A DNA stretch of 27,610 nucleotides. It comes from a virus (Duplodnaviria > Heunggongvirae > Uroviricota > Caudoviricetes). The stretch lies in the IMG/VR virus record IMGVR_UViG_2529292919_000027. One strand, written 5' to 3'. The translations under genes were made by a program, and so were the position numbers. Below are positions 25,363 through 27,610 of this stretch, piece after piece. Position 1 is the first letter of the stretch; each line of letters starts with the position of its first letter. Under the pieces are notes generated by a model. That model ran no database searches, was not told the origin of the DNA, and saw only the letters and a list, made by a program, of their open reading frames with translations.

Positions 25363-25911
25363 ATGAACGTCAATAAGAAAAAACTGGCCGATATTTTTGG
25401 CGTTGATGTCAGGACCATCACCGCCTGGCAGAGTCAGGGGTTACCACTTAGTTTCTGGTGGAGGGAAAGGGACTGAATCAGTTTTGATACAACTGCTGCC
25501 ATTCAGTGGTATGCGCAGAGGGAAGCTGATATTGAAAACGAAAAACTCCGTAAAGAGAGCGAGGATTTGAGGGCTGCCAGCGAATCAGACCTTCAGCCCG
25601 GCACCATTGATTACGAACGTTACCGACTGACGAAGGCACAGGCCGATGCACAGGAGCTGAAAAATGCTCGTGAGGAAGGCCTTGTCCTCGAGACGGAGTT
25701 ATTTACCTACATCTTTCAGCGAGTGGCACAGAATATATCAGGGATCCTTGTCCGTGTCCCTCAGACACTGCAGCGTAAATACCCTGATATATCACCCGCA
25801 CATCTTGATGCTGTGAAAACTGAAATCGCGAAAGCATCCGATGTGGCTTCTGAAGCCGGTGAGAATGTGCGCAGGTGGATTGATGATTTCAGACGAACTG
25901 AGGGCGGCTAA
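25363..25911 (+). pseudogene. nu1: terminase small subunit (Nu1-like) interrupted by a frame-shifted patch and in-frame TGA
   Basis: N-terminus [26 protein letters not shown] matches lambda Nu1; stop at 25474-25476; conserved GGGKG segment in +1 frame; frame restored before AAIQWYAQ. Confidence 0.65.
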
Positions 25912-27610
25912 TTCTGCAGGAGCGATAGCAACCGGCCTCCTTGCGCTAAAAATTCCTGTCCCTCTGACGACAGTTCAGTGGGCAGATCGACATTATTACC
26001 TTCCGAAAGAGTCATCTTACACCCCGGGGCGGTGGGAAACACTGCCGTTTCAGGTTGCCATCATGAACAGCATGGGGAATGACCGGATCCGCACTGTTAA
26101 TCTGATTAAATCTGCCCGTGTTGGTTATACAAAGATGTTGCTGGGAGTGGAGGCTTATTTTATTGAGCATAAATCACGCAACAGCCTTCTTTTCCAGCCC
26201 ACGGATTCTGCTGCTGAAGATTTTATGAAATCTCATGTGGAACCCACGATCAGGGATGTGCCGGTTTTACTCGATCTTGCACCGTGGTTTGGGCGTAAAC
26301 ATCGTGATAATACCCTCACGCTGAAACGCTTTTCATCGGGCGTCGGTTTCTGGTGCCTGGGCGGCGCTGCCGCCAAAAACTACCGTGAAAAATCCGTGGA
26401 CGTGGTCTGCTATGACGAACTTTCCTCGTTCGAGCCGGATGTCGAAAAAGAGGGCTCGCCAACCCTGCTGGGGGATAAGCGTATTGAGGGGTCGGTGTGG
26501 CCAAAATCCATTCGCGGCTCGACGCCTAAAATCAAAGGCACCTGCCAGATCGAAAAAGCGGCCAACGAGTCGGCGCATTTCATGCGTTTTTATGTGCCCT
26601 GCCCGCACTGTGGGGAGGCGCAGTATCTGAAATTTGGCGATGAGTCCACGCCTTTTGGGCTTAAATGGGAGAAGGACAGTCCCGAAAGCGTTTTCTACCT
26701 CTGTGAACATCATGGCTGCGTGATCCATCAGTCTGAGCTTGACCAGAACAACGGGCGGTGGATCTGTGAAAACACGGGCATGTGGACCCGTGACGGTCTG
26801 ACGTTTTTCAGCGCCCGGGGTGATGAAATTCCGCCGCCGCGCTCCATCACGTTCCATATCTGGACGGCGTACAGTCCGTTCACCACCTGGGTACAGATTG
26901 TCTATGACTGGCTGGATGCACTGAAAGATCCCAACGGCCTGAAAACCTTTGTGAACACCACGCTGGGCGAGACCTGGGAAGAGGCCGTGGGCGAAAAACT
27001 CGATCACCAGGTACTGATGGATAAGGTGGTGCGTTACACGGCGGCGGTGCCTGCCCGGGTGGTTTATCTGACGGCGGGCATTGACTCGCAGCGAAACCGT
27101 TTTGAGATGTATGTCTGGGGATGGGCTCCGGGAGAGGAAGCTTTTCTGGTGGATAAAATCATCATTATGGGGCGTCCTGATGAGGAAGAGACGCTGTTAC
27201 GTGTGGATGCGGCGATCAACAAAAAATACCGCCATGCGGATGGCACCGAAATGACTATTTCCCGTGTCTGCTGGGACACCGGGGGGATCGATGGTGAAAT
27301 TGTTTATCAGAGATCAAAAAAACACGGTGTTTTCCGGGTGCTGCCGGTAAAAGGCGCATCTGTCTATGGCAAGCCGGTGATCACCATGCCAAAAACCCGC
27401 AATCAGCGGGGCGTGTATCTGTGTGAAGTGGGAACGGACACCGCAAAAGAAATTCTCTATGCCCGTATGAAAGCCGATCCCTCGCCTGCGGATGAAGCCA
27501 CGTCGTATGCCATCCGTTTTCCTGATGATCCGGAGATTTTTTCGCAGACAGAGGCGCAGCAACTGGTGGCGGAAGAGCTGGTGGAGAAGTGGGAAAAAGG
27601 AAAGATGCGT
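25883..27610 (+). CDS. terminase large subunit (gpA-like), 3' end beyond window
   Basis: Continuous frame to window end, closely parallel to lambda gpA (…WETLPFQ..IMN.MG.D.IR.V...KSARVGY.KMLLGV.AYFIEHK…); absent from ORF track, presumably because it has no stop in window. Confidence 0.9.
   Translation, partial: MISDELRAANSAGAIATGLLALKIPVPLTTVQWADRHYYLPKESSYTPGRWETLPFQVAIMNSMGNDRIRTVNLIKSARVGYTKMLLGVEAYFIEHKSRNSLLFQPTDSAAEDFMKSHVEPTIRDVPVLLDLAPWFGRKHRDNTLTLKRFSSGVGFWCLGGAAAKNYREKSVDVVCYDELSSFEPDVEKEGSPTLLGDKRIEGSVWPKSIRGSTPKIKGTCQIEKAANESAHFMRFYVPCPHCGEAQYLKFGDESTPFGLKWEKDSPESVFYLCEHHGCVIHQSELDQNNGRWICENTGMWTRDGLTFFSARGDEIPPPRSITFHIWTAYSPFTTWVQIVYDWLDALKDPNGLKTFVNTTLGETWEEAVGEKLDHQVLMDKVVRYTAAVPARVVYLTAGIDSQRNRFEMYVWGWAPGEEAFLVDKIIIMGRPDEEETLLRVDAAINKKYRHADGTEMTISRVCWDTGGIDGEIVYQRSKKHGVFRVLPVKGASVYGKPVITMPKTRNQRGVYLCEVGTDTAKEILYARMKADPSPADEATSYAIRFPDDPEIFSQTEAQQLVAEELVEKWEKGKMR

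Noticed and set aside
26316-27562. Several minus-strand ORFs (for example 26333..27007, 224 aa) inside the terminase large subunit region
   Set aside because: The plus strand encodes a continuous gpA-like terminase here; the minus-strand ORFs are antisense shadows. The terminase is missing from the ORF track presumably because it has no stop in the window.
1-27610. CRISPR arrays or other long direct-repeat arrays
   Set aside because: No regularly spaced repeat-spacer structure seen; the only tandem repeats are the three 12-bp units at 10441-10476 and the operator and cos repeats.
1-27610. SOS boxes (CTGT-N8-ACAG) that a LexA-like protein could bind
   Set aside because: A by-eye scan found no convincing match; a motif scan would be needed before claiming absence or presence.

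Overview
The window is most of a lambdoid prophage of an enterobacterium (E. coli/Shigella-like), laid out in the order of an Stx-converting phage but without stx. All calls rest on reading the supplied ORF translations and the DNA by eye; no searches were run. Left to right: a low-GC two-gene cargo cassette (1-633); a leftward early operon (681-6205) with an AlpA/PrtN-like protein, a DnaQ-like exonuclease and a YfdP/Q/R-like block; the immunity region with cI flanked by palindromic operators and cro (6548-7609); a CII-like regulator, a Rha-family protein, a replication protein with the Phg_2220_C signature, an adenine methyltransferase, a LexA-DBD-only protein, RusA, KilA-N, DUF968 and Q (7637-14924); terminators and three tRNAs (Ile2-CAU, Arg-UCG, Arg-UCU); four small cargo genes in the slot where Stx phages carry stxAB (15767-17047); a NanS-p-like esterase; a phage-21-type lysis cassette (pinholin, SAR endolysin, Rz/Rz1) split by an IS66-family element with 8-bp target duplications; an AT-rich island with a ribbon-helix-helix gene; a lambda-like cos site; a small terminase gene with an in-frame stop; and the 5' part of the large terminase running off the window. 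The cargo cluster at 15767-17047 is the strongest candidate for an undescribed module, followed by the left-end cassette and the island before cos. The IS insertion and the nu1 lesion suggest the prophage is defective. My base-level indexing disagreed with the ORF track by 1 nt in a few places, so ORF-track coordinates are used for CDSs and the coordinates of RNA genes, terminators and repeats are approximate to about 2 nt.
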